Below the pieces are notes generated by a model. The model saw nothing but the letters and a program-made list of their open reading frames with translations, made no database searches and was not told where the DNA came from. A stretch of 64,000 nucleotides of DNA from contig CBDCYI010000004.1 of NCBI GenBank assembly GCA_965224085.1, forward strand, positions 1-64,000. Reading direction: 5' to 3'. Positions 51,928 to 63,165 of this stretch are shown in pieces. The translations under genes and the position numbers were made by a program. The DNA comes from Candidatus Marinacidobacterales bacterium. Its GTDB lineage: Bacteria; Acidobacteriota; Vicinamibacteria; Marinacidobacterales; SMYC01. Position 1 is the first letter of the stretch, and every line of letters begins with the position of its first letter.

Positions 51928-51983
51928 CTGTTAACGGTGGCTGTAAATTGCACACTTGTGGCGGACGAAAATTGCACACTCGG
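51928..51983 (+). mobile_element. IS21-like terminal remnant
   Basis: TGTT start with tandem AAATTGCACACT repeats; related to the end at 59037. Confidence 0.55.
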
Positions 51984-52374
51984 CACCTGTGCCTTCTATT
52001 TATTCATCCGCGCGCCCCGAACTTGAAGGGCTTGCTTACCCAGACGCTATCCGATCTCGGCCAGAGACCTGTGATCCGCAAAAAAGAAAACCGGCCAGAA
52101 GCAGCCGACCATGTCAGGTCTAAAACGCGCAATCAACACTGGATGGTACTTTCGAGTGACCGAAATCGTTCGTTCACTCAAAAGCACCTTCGCCACCTAT
52201 CTGCAGACCTTAGATCCAAGCGCAGAGGTGCCCGCTCCTGACGTTCTGCCGGTCCGGCCGCAGCGCGCAACTCCCTACCTGTATAGCATGGCAGGTCTAA
52301 ACCGCGCAATCAACGCCGGATCGACTTTTTGCGGAGTACAACGGCTTCTGGTTTACCAGGCCCTCATCACCATG

Positions 52375-53179
52375 GGTCTCCCAGGTCGACGCCGACCTCG
52401 AATGTGGTAGAGGAACTGAGAAGATGGATGCCACCGTTCTTGAACTTGTCCTGCCTTTGGCGCGCCTCGTCGCTGTCAATTTGCGCGGTATGCTCTTCCA
52501 CGCTTAGCGCGGGGGGCAAATCGGTGCTTTCGTAGAGGATTCGGTAGTGGTTCTCCTTGAGGCGCCTCTGGTTGGCGCGCACCAAGGTTCCAGGGCAACG
52601 ATTCCGAGGACAGACGCTGCGAATGTTGTGGGTGCTCAAGGTCGCGCAGGCGTCGCACTCCCAGACCTCGTCAGATCCGGCAAGCTTGATCCGCAGCCAG
52701 CGCGGGTCGAATCGAAATGTCCCGTTCGCCGTTCCAGGCGAAAGAATGGGGTCGTCTGCATGATTCCGTAACGCGCCCCATACATCCTTCATGAGCTTCG
52801 TCGATGCCGATTGCTTCTGGTCGTCCGACAAACCGCTGTCCACGAGCAACCGGCGAAGAAAATGTCTCACGACCGCAGATTGGGGGCCACCCCATTGGGA
52901 GACGTTCCGTCGTCTACCCGGCGACCCGATGCCATATGCCGACTGCGGCCAAGGCGATATATCACTCCATGCCGGCGTTCCGGCACCCTCCGGCAAACTC
53001 ATGGCGCGGCGCGGGCGCAACTCGTCCAGAACGTACGCGATCAGGCGACGCGCCCCGTCATCCGTGAAGTTCCATGGCGACTGTCGCATGACCTCCGGCA
53101 AGCTCAACTCGTCTGGAATTCCGACGAACCACTTGACTAAGCCAACCCCGCTCAGGGACAGCCTCTTCTCGTCCGTCAC
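52375..53179 (-). pseudogene. DEAD/DEAH (DUF1998-type, DrmA/DruE-like) helicase internal fragment
   Basis: CDAC...CP..RC zinc motif; EEHTAQ; LSSSTTFEVGVDLG motif V; truncated. Confidence 0.75.
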
Positions 53180-53721
53180 CGCCTCCCGCAGGATAGACGT
53201 CCAGGCTCTCGCTGATGCGCAGACTGGACTCGCTCAGCTGGGAGAGGCGGTCTCGCAGCGCCTCGTTCTCCGCTCTCAACTCGTCGGCTGGCTTCAACTC
53301 CCCACCTTGGCTGGACGGCGGGCGACACCGTCCCGCCTCGTCACGCAACCGGCTCGATGCAGCAACCGGATTCGAAAAGGACACCGGTCTCGCCGGCACC
53401 GATCGTATCGTGTGGAGTGAGAAATCACAAGACTGTCGCCATAAACAGCATAAACGTCACGCTTCCGCCACACACCTAGCCTGTCGAATGTTTTAAACTA
53501 CTGAATTGTAGAGGTCACGCGTGGGGTGGTTCGACAACCCACGGGCGGGCACGGAACACATGATCCAAGAGGCCAATAACGAGGCAGGACTGGCAGCGCA
53601 TCCGTCGGGCCGGATCGACATCAACCGCAATCATTTTCCCTTCGCAATCAACGCTGGATTGACTTTTTGCGGAGTACAAGCCTAGGTTGCAACGAAGGAT
53701 AATAGGCTTATCACGAAACCG

Positions 53722-54552
53722 ATGACACGCGCTCTTGACGCTCCTCCCCCGCGAACAAAGAAGCTTTGGAACCACTGGGGCCAAGCGGCGGTGGTAGCTT
53801 CGAGCGCGGCTGCGGTGTGGCTGCTTCCCGAAACGGTCGCGGCTGAAGACATCTACCTGCGAGCAGGGATTGGCCTAGACCGGCCGGCCGAAACCCAATT
53901 CACCGACGAGGACTGCTCAAGCGTTTTCCCAGCCGCTCTTTACGGTTGCGGCACGGGCGGCGACGGCGCGCCGCTCCGTTCGGTTGGGAACTTCAGTACG
54001 GCTGCGGGCCTTGAGCTTGGGCTCGGTTACGCCGTTGCCCCCTCCGTCAGACTAGAGACTCTAGTTGAATATTGGCCGCGATTGACTTTCGATGGTCGTG
54101 CCAACTTCCTAGACCCCGAACGCCTGCAATCGGTTTCCACGGACCTATCCTCTCTCTCCGGGATGCTGGCCGCTTATGTTGATCTCCCGGAATTGGGTTT
54201 ACACAAGCTCGGCCCGTTCAGCCCATTCGTCGGCGGAGGCATCGGGGTCGCCCGAGTTGCAATCGGTGAGACGCGCATGACGTTCCCAAAGACGACGACC
54301 ATCATTCCGGGCACCAGCCGGAGTGGTTTGACCTGGATGTTGACAGCCGGACTGGGGATGTCGTTGGGCGAGCGGACGACGCTCGAACTCACCTGGCGTT
54401 ATACGGATTACGGCGTCATCGAAACCGGCGAAGGTGAAGGCTTGGTAGAATGGCGCGACGGAAGCCGGGAACCGTTGGCGCTCGATCTAGCCCCGACACA
54501 GGCGAAATTGAGGAACCACGGGCTTCGACTGTCCCTGCGTTACGCGTTCTGA
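53722..54552 (+). CDS. Outer-membrane beta-barrel (Opa/porin-like) protein
   Basis: Signal-like segment; SPFVGGGIG; LELTWRYTDYG; C-terminal LRYAF. Confidence 0.8.
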   Translation: MTRALDAPPPRTKKLWNHWGQAAVVASSAAAVWLLPETVAAEDIYLRAGIGLDRPAETQFTDEDCSSVFPAALYGCGTGGDGAPLRSVGNFSTAAGLELGLGYAVAPSVRLETLVEYWPRLTFDGRANFLDPERLQSVSTDLSSLSGMLAAYVDLPELGLHKLGPFSPFVGGGIGVARVAIGETRMTFPKTTTIIPGTSRSGLTWMLTAGLGMSLGERTTLELTWRYTDYGVIETGEGEGLVEWRDGSREPLALDLAPTQAKLRNHGLRLSLRYAF

Positions 54553-54759
54553 TTGGCGCTATTGCACGATTCAACCCGTGAGACGGAGCTGAACCGCCCC
54601 GGGTTTTTCGGAGACTGTTTTAGTTGAGTCTCGCCATCTCTAGCGAGCCTTCCTGCGACCGATAGTAGTTCATCTGGTGCTTCCGCCATTAAGTGTTGGT
54701 GAGATGATGCTAAGACATTACGGTGCATTTAATTACAGCCAATAGCGCTCGTGACCTTC

Positions 54760-55046
54760 CCAACCGTCGCAACGTCCTTGCCCAGAAGTGAGCCGAGCCG
54801 CAGGCTTCGAGAAGCACGGTGGCAGCGCTCTGTTTCGCAAAAAACGACACCAACTTGGGTCGACTCACACGGAGTTGCTTGGACACCTTCCCCGCTTCGC
54901 GCGAGATGGCAATCTCGAAGACGTTCTTTGCAAGATCCACAGCGATCGTCGTATCTTTCATTCGGACTCCTCCTTTTTCGATGCGTTCTTTCGACTGACT
55001 TTGGCACATCGATGCCGTCTATGTCAGCGGAGGAGTCCATCCCATC
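54760..55046 (-). mobile_element. IS110 element B, 5' fragment
   Basis: Near-identical to 34710-34995; the same IS1-like repeat flanks it (CTTGATAGCGGAAGCACC). Confidence 0.85.
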
Positions 55047-55173
55047 ACTTGATAGCGGAAGCACCGGCACAGGACGGGATGGCGATGCGAGACGATCGGT
55101 CAGGAGCATACTGCGGATCATCTCGTGCGACTCACCGTAGCAACTTTCGCCTAGCCGTTATAATCGGGGCCCC

Positions 55174-55858
55174 ATGAAACACTATCTGGCTGAATCCATT
55201 GGTACCTTTGCGCTCGTGTTCGCGGGCACCGCCGCCATCGTCATTAACGCGCTCAACGGGGGAGTTATTTCCCACGTAGGCGTGGCCCTCACGTTCGGTC
55301 TGGTGGTCATGGCAATGATCTATTCGGTGGGGGACGTTTCCGGTGCGCATTTGAACCCCGCCGTGACACTAGGGTTCTGGGCCTCGGGGCGAATGTCGCG
55401 CCGTGAGGTTGCGCCCTACGTCGTTAGTCAGTCCGCAGGTGCCCTCGCTGCCAGCCTCATCGTTCGTGCGTTGTTTCTGGAGAGCCAGACCCTCGGCGCG
55501 ACAATTCCCGCTGGTCGGGCTTCGCAGTCTTTCGTTCTCGAGGTGCTCCTCACATCCATTCTGATGTTCGTGATTCTCGGCGTTTCCACCGGCGCAAAAG
55601 AGAAGGGCCTATTGGCAGGAGTCGCCGTAGGTGGAGCCGTCGCCCTAGGGTCTCTCTTAGGGGGACCTCGTCTCGGGTGCGTCGATGAATCCTGCGCGCT
55701 CCCTCGGACCCGCGCTGGTGAGTGGACACGTCCAAGCTCTCTGGATCTATCTCACGGCTCCGGTGCTCGGCGCTCTCCTCGCGGTCGGCGGTTGTCGCTG
55801 TGTACGGGACTCGGAATGCTGTAACCCGAGCAACGCCAATATTCAGATAGAATCTTGA
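55174..55858 (+). pseudogene. MIP/aquaporin, full length but with a +1 frameshift near 55668
   Basis: YLAESIGTF and NPA1 in frame; NPA2 out of frame; inverted duplicate of 42245-43022. Confidence 0.85.
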
Positions 55859-56437
55859 CCTCTTTCTCTCGCGTCTGGTCCAAATGGTGCTTCCGCAGTC
55901 AAGTATTGGCGGCCGCCGCGTAACCTGTTCGCGTGCTAGAGTTTTAGCCTGATTTCGAGAGGCGCAGTTCTTTCGTCGATGCCGGCTGGGCCGAGTTTTG
56001 GCACAGGACGGGATTGAGACATCTGCTATTCTTCACTTCTGCTCGGCCCTTACGATGAGAGAATTGTGTCTTCAGAATTCTGGTTCAAACTCTAGCACGC
56101 AGACGGGTTAAGGGCTGACCGCCAACACTTAATTGCGGAAGCACCGTTCGTTTCATAAAAGGTGCCGAGACGTGCGTGGCCGTGATCCCCGTGGAAAGGT
56201 TAGACTACGGCGTGGCAATCCCAGAGGATGCTTTTCAAGACGGTGGGAAGGCGGCAGACCGGCTAGCGGATGCGAGGCGCGTCAACGAGGACGCCGGGTC
56301 CGGTCCAGAGCCCGTGTGACAGGAGGCTCTAAGGTTGAATCCAAACAGAAAGACTCTAGTCATGGATATAAGCCCCAAAAAAAAGCCTCCGAGCTCCTGG
56401 GGATCCCCCTGAACCCGATCGACGACGACGATAACGA

Positions 56438-57577
56438 TTGATCGTGGCGGCCGAGGAGCTGGCGGGTCGGATTGGACAAACGGCGGAAGCTTGCGAGGCG
56501 CTGGGCGTGTCTCGTTCCACGTTGTATCGTCGACGCCGACCGGTGACGTCCAAGCCGAAGCGCCGTCCTCGGCCGCAGCGAGCCCTCGACACGACCGAGC
56601 GCGAGAGGGTCCTCAGTGCAGTGCATTGCGAACGGTTCGTCGACAAGGCGCCGGCCCAGGTGTGGGCCACGCTTCTGGACGAGGGAATTTACCATTGTTC
56701 GATCCGCACGATGTACCGGATTCTGTCGGAGCACGGAGAGGTGCGTGAGCGCCGGAACCAGCTGCGGCATCCGAACTATCAGAAGCCGGAGCTCGTGGCG
56801 GAAGCGCCGAACCAGGTTTGGTCGTGGGACATAACGAAGCTGCGCGGCCCGGTCAAGTGGACCTACTTTTACCTCTACGTGATTCTCGACATCTTCTCCC
56901 GGTACGTGACCGGGTGGATGTTGGCTCGGCGAGAAAGCGCCGAGCTCGCCCGTCGTCTCATCAGCGAGAGCTGCCTCAAGCAGAACATCGAAGCCGACCA
57001 GCTCACCATCCACGCAGACCGCGGCAGCTCGATGCGAAGCAAGTCCGTCGCCTTGCTCCTGGCCGACCTCGGCATAACCAAGACGCACTCGCGGCCGTAC
57101 GTCTCGAACGATAATCCCTACTCCGAGTCCCAGTTCAAGACGATGAAGTATTGCCCTGAATTCCCAAGCCGCTTTGGCTGTCTGGAAGACGGCCGCCTGT
57201 TCTGCGGCGGTTTCTTCGACTACTACAACAACGCGCACCGGCACTCGGGACTGGGGCTCATGACGCCGGCCGCCGTTCACTACGGTCGCGCCGACGAGCT
57301 CAACGCCGCCCGGCGCCAGGTCCTTCTCGAAGCTCATCGGGCTCACCCCGAGCGCTTCGTGCACGGAACACCTCAACCTCCGGTTTTGCCTCGTCAGGTC
57401 TGGATCAACCCGCCGCTCGAGAAAACGACGCCACAGGAGGCCCTAGGAGCCACTTTCTCGGGGCGCCCCATACCTGAGCTACCCCCGGATTCAAGCTATC
57501 CGGACGCGACCGCGTCGGAACCCAATCGCGACCGCACCGCGCTCACGCCCCGTCCTTCACTGATCGAGGCTCACTAA
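56438..57577 (+). CDS. IS3 family transposase OrfB (orfA truncated to QKKASELLGIPL)
   Basis: WSWDITKL, ILDIFSRY, IHADRG, NDNPYSESQFKT, YNNAHRHSG; right end at about 57619. Confidence 0.9.
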   Translation: MIVAAEELAGRIGQTAEACEALGVSRSTLYRRRRPVTSKPKRRPRPQRALDTTERERVLSAVHCERFVDKAPAQVWATLLDEGIYHCSIRTMYRILSEHGEVRERRNQLRHPNYQKPELVAEAPNQVWSWDITKLRGPVKWTYFYLYVILDIFSRYVTGWMLARRESAELARRLISESCLKQNIEADQLTIHADRGSSMRSKSVALLLADLGITKTHSRPYVSNDNPYSESQFKTMKYCPEFPSRFGCLEDGRLFCGGFFDYYNNAHRHSGLGLMTPAAVHYGRADELNAARRQVLLEAHRAHPERFVHGTPQPPVLPRQVWINPPLEKTTPQEALGATFSGRPIPELPPDSSYPDATASEPNRDRTALTPRPSLIEAH

Positions 57578-57619
57578 ATGCAGCCTGCGGGTGTCTCAAA
57601 GTCGTTGACACGTTCCGCA

Positions 57620-57750
57620 GGACGGCCCCTGGCCATGATGGGCGAGCGCGTAGCCGGCCTCCCGAAACGGAAGTGAGGGAACGGCGTCGTCCGCGAGCTT
57701 CGTCTCCTGCATCAAGAGCACGTCTGGTTTCGCGCGCTCGAGCCACCACA
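57620..57750 (-). pseudogene. xth: Exodeoxyribonuclease III fragment
   Basis: WLERAKPDVLLMQETKL...GY....GQ. Confidence 0.6.
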
Positions 57751-57864
57751 CGGCGACCCATACAGGAATGGAAAAACGTCGCATCCTTATGCCTCCCCTT
57801 TTCAGACTGGCCGCCGCGTCGGGATGATGCGGTCGCAGCCAGTCGGCCTACGCCCACCCGAGAA

Positions 57865-58737
57865 TCAGTGGCCGACTGAGAAATCGTTCCGTCCCGAGCG
57901 GTCGCGCCCGCGCAGGAGGAACAAGGCCCGCTTGCCGTAGTCGTGGGCCTTGTGCGGTTCTGCCAATCGGAGGCCCAGCTCGTGGTCGTAGTGGCAATGG
58001 CCGGGCATGAACCGCCCCACCAGTGCCGCGCGCCGGCGGCCCGAGGGGTTGGCGCGCGAGCCGTGGATGATGTAGACGTCGTGAAACGAGATCTGGCCGG
58101 CCGCGAGAACTAGATCGCGCGCCGACGCCTCGTCGAAGTGCTCCGAGTCGCAGACCCGGTTGATCGTGAGATCCTGATCCTCTTCCCAATGATGAGAAAA
58201 GATTTTGCGGTCCTTGTGGGAGCCGGGGATGAAGCGCATGCAACCGTTGTCCGGTACGGCGTCGTCGAGCGCAATCCAGATTGACAGCGTCTCGAGTGGT
58301 CGAATGGGATAGTACGCGCCGTCCTGATGCCAGGGAGTCGCCTTGCCGCCGTGCGCCGGCTTGCCGAAGATGGTCGTTCCCCAGAGGATAATGTCCTCCC
58401 CTATCAATTGCTCGACCATGTCGAGTAGCTCGGGTCGAGTGACGAAACTGAGCCACCGTCGTGAGCCCCGAACACCCTGTGCGCCGGTGGTCTCCAGGTG
58501 CGGCCCCAGCATGAAGTCCGAGGAGAAACCCGGATTGGCTGACAGCAGCTCATCATAGGCTTCGCGCATCTCCGCCACCACGTCCTGCGGCAGGCGGCAG
58601 TCCGGCACCACGAATCCGTCGTTATGGAAACGCCAGAGCTCCTCGGCGCTCAGGCGATCGCAATTCCTCACCACGGGACATCTCGCAAATAAAGATGGAG
58701 GAAATCTAGCACGAGAGCCGTCGGAGGTGAACTCCAT
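57865..58737 (-). CDS. Phytanoyl-CoA dioxygenase (PhyH) family Fe/2OG enzyme; start uncertain
   Basis: TPWHQDG (HxD), WIALDD...NGCMRFIPGSH, IHGS..N. Confidence 0.9.
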   Translation of the reverse strand: MEFTSDGSRARFPPSLFARCPVVRNCDRLSAEELWRFHNDGFVVPDCRLPQDVVAEMREAYDELLSANPGFSSDFMLGPHLETTGAQGVRGSRRWLSFVTRPELLDMVEQLIGEDIILWGTTIFGKPAHGGKATPWHQDGAYYPIRPLETLSIWIALDDAVPDNGCMRFIPGSHKDRKIFSHHWEEDQDLTINRVCDSEHFDEASARDLVLAAGQISFHDVYIIHGSRANPSGRRRAALVGRFMPGHCHYDHELGLRLAEPHKAHDYGKRALFLLRGRDRSGRNDFSVGH

Positions 58738-59036
58738 CTTGCGGTGCTTCCATCGCGGTATTCAGCGATTTCGTTGATTCGAGCCGGCCAACAAAATCGA
58801 AACGAAGTGCGTAGACAAAGGAAACTGGGTGCCCGACCGTAACGAGCGTCTCCTCGAACTGGCGAAGAGGATCGCGGACGCCACGCCTGTCGATTGGAAG
58901 GATACGGAAAGACCGCGCCCGGGACGAAGAGGAGATCCAGCTTCTTCAGTTGTTGGCAGAGATTCAAGGTCTGGCCCCGCTCGCAGGAAGTCTGCCGAAG
59001 GGAGGGTTTCGTGGTCGCGTTCGTCGTTAAGGCAGG

Positions 59037-59265
59037 TGTTAGCGGCGGACGAAAATTGCACACTCGGGGCCGACCGTAGAGGGAGCCGAGGGCGTGTCTG
59101 GCGCGAGCCAGGCAGGACCGCGGCCCTTCAGACAAAGTGTCCTCCAGAACGGAGGCGACCGATGTACGGAAGGGAGAAACGAGTGTTGCTACGAGAGTAT
59201 TTTGTAGCAGGGATTGACGAAGGCAGCCCTGGTAGACAAGCTGGGAATTAGCCGCCGCACCAAGG
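59037..59265 (+). mobile_element. IS21-like left end with an istA 5' remnant
   Basis: TGTTAGCGGCGGACGAAAATTGCACACT; MYGREKRVLLREY...KLGISRRT; short related piece at about 60648-60684. Confidence 0.6.
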
Positions 59266-59321
59266 TGAAAGCAGATGTCCCCAGTCGGTTTCCAGTGCGT
59301 CAGCATTCAGGATACGGCGGG

Positions 59322-60563
59322 TTACTCCGTCGCGCGCGTCGGCACCCGAAGGCGCTGTCCGATCCGGATTGTGGTCTTGCGCCCCAGGTTGTTGGCGGAC
59401 TGGATCGCCCGGACGCTCGCGCCGTACTTTCTCGCGAGGCCCAGGAGGGTGTCGCCGCGCGACACCTTGTGGGTGACGTAGGTTGGTTTGGGCGGCGACG
59501 GTCTCACCTTGAGCACCGTACCGGGCCGAAGCGTCTCGTCCCAGAACAAGTTGTTGTCCCGGATGATCCGCCACGGCTGAGACTTCATCACCTTGGCCAC
59601 CGACCCCAGGGTGTCACCCGGCTTCGTCTCGTACTCGTTGTACTTTCCCTTCCAGGTCAGCGGAATCTGTAGCACCTGGTCGGCCGGAAGTGTCTGCAGG
59701 CGCCAGAGCCCGTTCTGATCGCGCAGCGCGTCTCGGTCCACGTCGAGGACGAACGACAGGAGCAGGTAGTTGTCGCCGTGGCGGGCCCGATATTCGAGTC
59801 CCTCGCCATTGGGCACGAACAGATCCGTGCGCGGCGTCGGCGGGAACGCGACGAGTTGTCCGACTCTCAGCGCGCGGGTCGCCAGAAACGGGTTGTGCAT
59901 GCGGAGCTGGAACACCGGCACATCAAGCCGTTCGGAGATCGTCCACCAGTCGTCGCCCTCACGGACCTCGTCAAGCTGCATTTGGGACGCGTGGTGTCGG
60001 ACCGACGGCTCGTGCAGCTTCAGGACGTTGCGGTACTGGCCTACGAACAGGATGTACTGCAGGGTCTCGAGCAAGGGACGGCCACGGGCGATCCGTCCCG
60101 GCCCACCGTTGTAGGCGCCAAGCGCGTAGTCCTCACGGTCGAACCGCCGGATCATCTGCGACAGGTACTTGATGCCCGCCTCGATGTTCGTCTTGACCTT
60201 CAGCGTCCGGAACGTGGACGGCATGACCTGGAAGTAGCCCTTCGCGCCGGCCCACGAGTTCAGGTTCGCGTTGCCCCCAGATTCTTGGATGCAGAGGGAG
60301 CGTGCCAACGTCAGGTCAACGTCGTACTTGTCAGCATACTTGGAGATGTCGTCCTCGATCTCCATGACCTTGCGATACATGCCCAGAAATCCCGGCGAAA
60401 GGGCCTCGACCGGTAGCAGGCCGTCGGGTGCCTGGGGCGTCTCGGCGTGTAGCGGGGCAGGCAGGAGCATCGCGACGACGATGGCCGCGACAGCGCTCCG
60501 GGTGGTGTGGGCTAGCACGTGCAGCATCAGAATCTCCCTGTTTGCACTATCGAACGTTCCCAC
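59322..60563 (-). CDS. Lytic transglycosylase (SLT) with LysM repeats
   Basis: QESGG, GAKGYFQVMPST, AYNGGPG; LysM HKVSRGDTL..LARKYG...I..ANNL. Confidence 0.9.
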   Translation of the reverse strand: MGTFDSANREILMLHVLAHTTRSAVAAIVVAMLLPAPLHAETPQAPDGLLPVEALSPGFLGMYRKVMEIEDDISKYADKYDVDLTLARSLCIQESGGNANLNSWAGAKGYFQVMPSTFRTLKVKTNIEAGIKYLSQMIRRFDREDYALGAYNGGPGRIARGRPLLETLQYILFVGQYRNVLKLHEPSVRHHASQMQLDEVREGDDWWTISERLDVPVFQLRMHNPFLATRALRVGQLVAFPPTPRTDLFVPNGEGLEYRARHGDNYLLLSFVLDVDRDALRDQNGLWRLQTLPADQVLQIPLTWKGKYNEYETKPGDTLGSVAKVMKSQPWRIIRDNNLFWDETLRPGTVLKVRPSPPKPTYVTHKVSRGDTLLGLARKYGASVRAIQSANNLGRKTTIRIGQRLRVPTRATE

Positions 60564-60590
60564 CTTTCATATTAAAGCATAATGACCGCC

Positions 60591-60648
60591 ATGTCGAAGC
60601 TCGCGACAGCTCAGCGCACCCACGGCTTTACCGAGTCGGTCATTCGAG
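60591..60648 (+). pseudogene. PLP aminotransferase N-terminal remnant
   Basis: MSKLATAQRTHGFTESVIR, then an IS21-like piece. Confidence 0.4.
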
Positions 60649-61520
60649 TGTCTTCCAGAACGGAGGCGACCGATGTACGAAGGGTGATGTCGGCGATGGC
60701 GGAGGCGACGTCGACGCGGTGTTTCCGTTCCGGGTTCGGTTGTCATGACCAGCGTATTCTACTCCGCCGGTCTGCTTGGCGAGCGCGGGACATGGTCGGC
60801 CGCGCGGCTCACCACGTACGGCCGTCGGTACCCGCGCAGAAACGGCGTCCGCAAGGTGTGGCGACAATTGGACCGGGAACGTGGGCGCTCGGTGTATCGG
60901 TCGCCCGGTTGATGCAGGAGATGGGGGTTGCAGGGGGCGGTGCGGCGTCGGCAGTACAAGAAGGCGGTCCCGACCGCCGCGGCGTCCTAGTCCCCTGGGT
61001 CTTTGATTACTATACAAAATTAGACTTTTCTCCAGCCCATACGATTCATAAGAATCATGCACTTAGAATGGTTTCGGCAAGATCTGCTTTGTCTAGTTTT
61101 TTCTGCTACAGGGGACTAGTGGAGGACGTTCGGCACTGTCAACGGGGTGGCGCAGTCAGTCAGCTAGTATCCGCTCACACAACGGGCAGCCGCGGGGTCC
61201 GGCTTCGTCGATCGCCTCTTTGATCGTGTCGGTTAGCTCTCGCAGTGATGCGAAATCCGTCTGTAGTTCACCTGCCTTAAACCGTGTTAGCGATCATGTA
61301 AAAGCGCGGGTTTCTGACACATGGGGTCGGGGGGGCTAGCAAGGAAGTTGGAGTTGCCGATGTCGGGGTCGTTTGGCCTGATGGGTGTGGCGTTTCAGTA
61401 CCAGGAGCTGAAGTCGTTTCAGGCTGATCGGCAGTAGAGGTAGAAGGTGGTGAAGACGCGGAACGCGAGGCAGGAAAAGAAGGGGGAGCGTCAATCCACC
61501 CGTGAAGTGTTTGACGGCTC

Positions 61521-62015
61521 CTATCGTCGCCAGTCCTCGGAACGAGCGATCCATCGCCTGAGCGAAGCGCGGTGTGTTCTTTTTTTTGAGGAGAGGTCGT
61601 CGTCGAAGTACCAACGGAAAGTTTTGATTTCCTCGAGGATGTCGAGGTGCGGAAAGTCGCGTTGAAGTTCCTCGACGAAGAGAGTGTCGGTAGCTGTGAG
61701 GAAAGGATATCCAGGGAGGTGATGTTCAAGGTAGTCGAGGATTCCCTGAATGGTGGGGTCGAAGCCGACGAAGGATTGCGGATGGTTGTGATCCATGAGA
61801 GATCTCCTTTGGATTAGAGAAGGAGTTTTTGCCTGACGGCGACGACGAAGGAAGGGTCGACGGACGACGAATCGGTCATCGGGCCGAGGGCGAGCTGGCG
61901 TGTGAGGCAGCGCGGAGTAGAGCGCGAGAACGGAACGGACGTAGAGTGAGGAAGGAGGGTTGCGTCCTTTAGGCTGGGGCTTTTTTCTGTCGCCGTCTTT
62001 GTTTGCGCTCGTCAT
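61521..62015 (-). CDS. Hypothetical; probably a deletion fusion of two small genes (second start at 61796 with an AGGAG RBS)
   Basis: Internal RBS+ATG; no recognisable domain. Confidence 0.4.
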   Translation of the reverse strand: MTSANKDGDRKKPQPKGRNPPSSLYVRSVLALYSALPHTPARPRPDDRFVVRRPFLRRRRQAKTPSLIQRRSLMDHNHPQSFVGFDPTIQGILDYLEHHLPGYPFLTATDTLFVEELQRDFPHLDILEEIKTFRWYFDDDLSSKKRTHRASLRRWIARSEDWRR

Positions 62016-62338
62016 TTTCCTGCTCGCTTTCTCGGACGCGGTAACTCTTACCTGGCATCGAAGACTCGTGGCACGGAAGTGAGACTACAGCGAGCGGCGG
62101 AAACAGCTCGGACGGCTGTGCTCCGCAGAAAGCCGATCCAGTGTTGATTGCGCGTTGCGACTGACGAGCGCCGCCGGATTGGTGCCGTCCGAGTCGTTGG
62201 TCCCGTAATCGGGCTCATCCCAGACATAGGCGATCGCGACCGAGCGATGCGTCCGGTTGGAGAACCTGACTGGAAGACCAGGAGTACAACGGCTACTTCC
62301 TGTGCGTCTCCGGTTCCGGACGGAGCCTTACCCTACCG

Positions 62339-62701
62339 CTAGCGGGCAGTTCGCAGCAGCGCCAACGCATAGACAATACCGATGGCCGGAACCACCGAAA
62401 ATGCCAGCGCAAGCTCCCAATCTCCTCGCACTCTTCCCGCGGCAATCATCTGCGCAACCCACAGGTCGGCAATCACGTTCGCCGTCAGGAGCGCCATTAT
62501 GGCGAGGATCTTCGTCGTGGCGAGGCGGGGCCGCAGCACGAGCAGAAGTAATCCCGCGGCGCCAAGAGGGTGCAGGAGGACCACCAGCAGCCGTTGCCAG
62601 ACGTCTCCACCGTTAGCGAATGCTCCAACCAGGGCCGTGAATCCTGCGAAGACCGCGTGAATCACAGCGAGAACCGTCACCGAAATCCGGAAGCTGGTCA
62701 T
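62339..62701 (-). CDS. Small four-helix membrane protein
   Basis: Four hydrophobic segments from MTSFRISV. Confidence 0.6.
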   Translation of the reverse strand: MTSFRISVTVLAVIHAVFAGFTALVGAFANGGDVWQRLLVVLLHPLGAAGLLLLVLRPRLATTKILAIMALLTANVIADLWVAQMIAAGRVRGDWELALAFSVVPAIGIVYALALLRTAR

Positions 62702-63165
62702 GGAGACATGATATATCCCTGCTGGGGAGCTACCTAATTGCCGGCCAAAACAGTCGGCGGCTTCGGACATGTAGGGGACGAGACGTGCGTGGTAGACGTT
62801 GCGGTTTTGACCGCGGCACACGGGCTGTGTGCCGGGGAAGAACTGCAGGAGGTCAGTGCGGAGTTGAGGCCAAATCCGAGACAAGTAAGGAAATCAAGAA
62901 GGCTCAGTCGCACCTGGACCAGAACATGCTAGGGCAGCTACGCCGCAGTAGCCTCGGCATCGATTCTGGGCTTCTCGGGTGGTATCTTTTCCGCTGCCGC
63001 ACGGCCCGGTCAACGCCTCACTCAATCGGGCGAGGTCGTTCAGGCGGTAGTTTCTTAGGAGAATGGGCTTGACTCTCCGTGCGTGCGGATGAATAAATGG
63101 AAGGCACAAGGTCTTTCGCCGCGAAGGGTGATGGAATCCCCTCAGCCGCTCCCGGTTCGGCTCTA

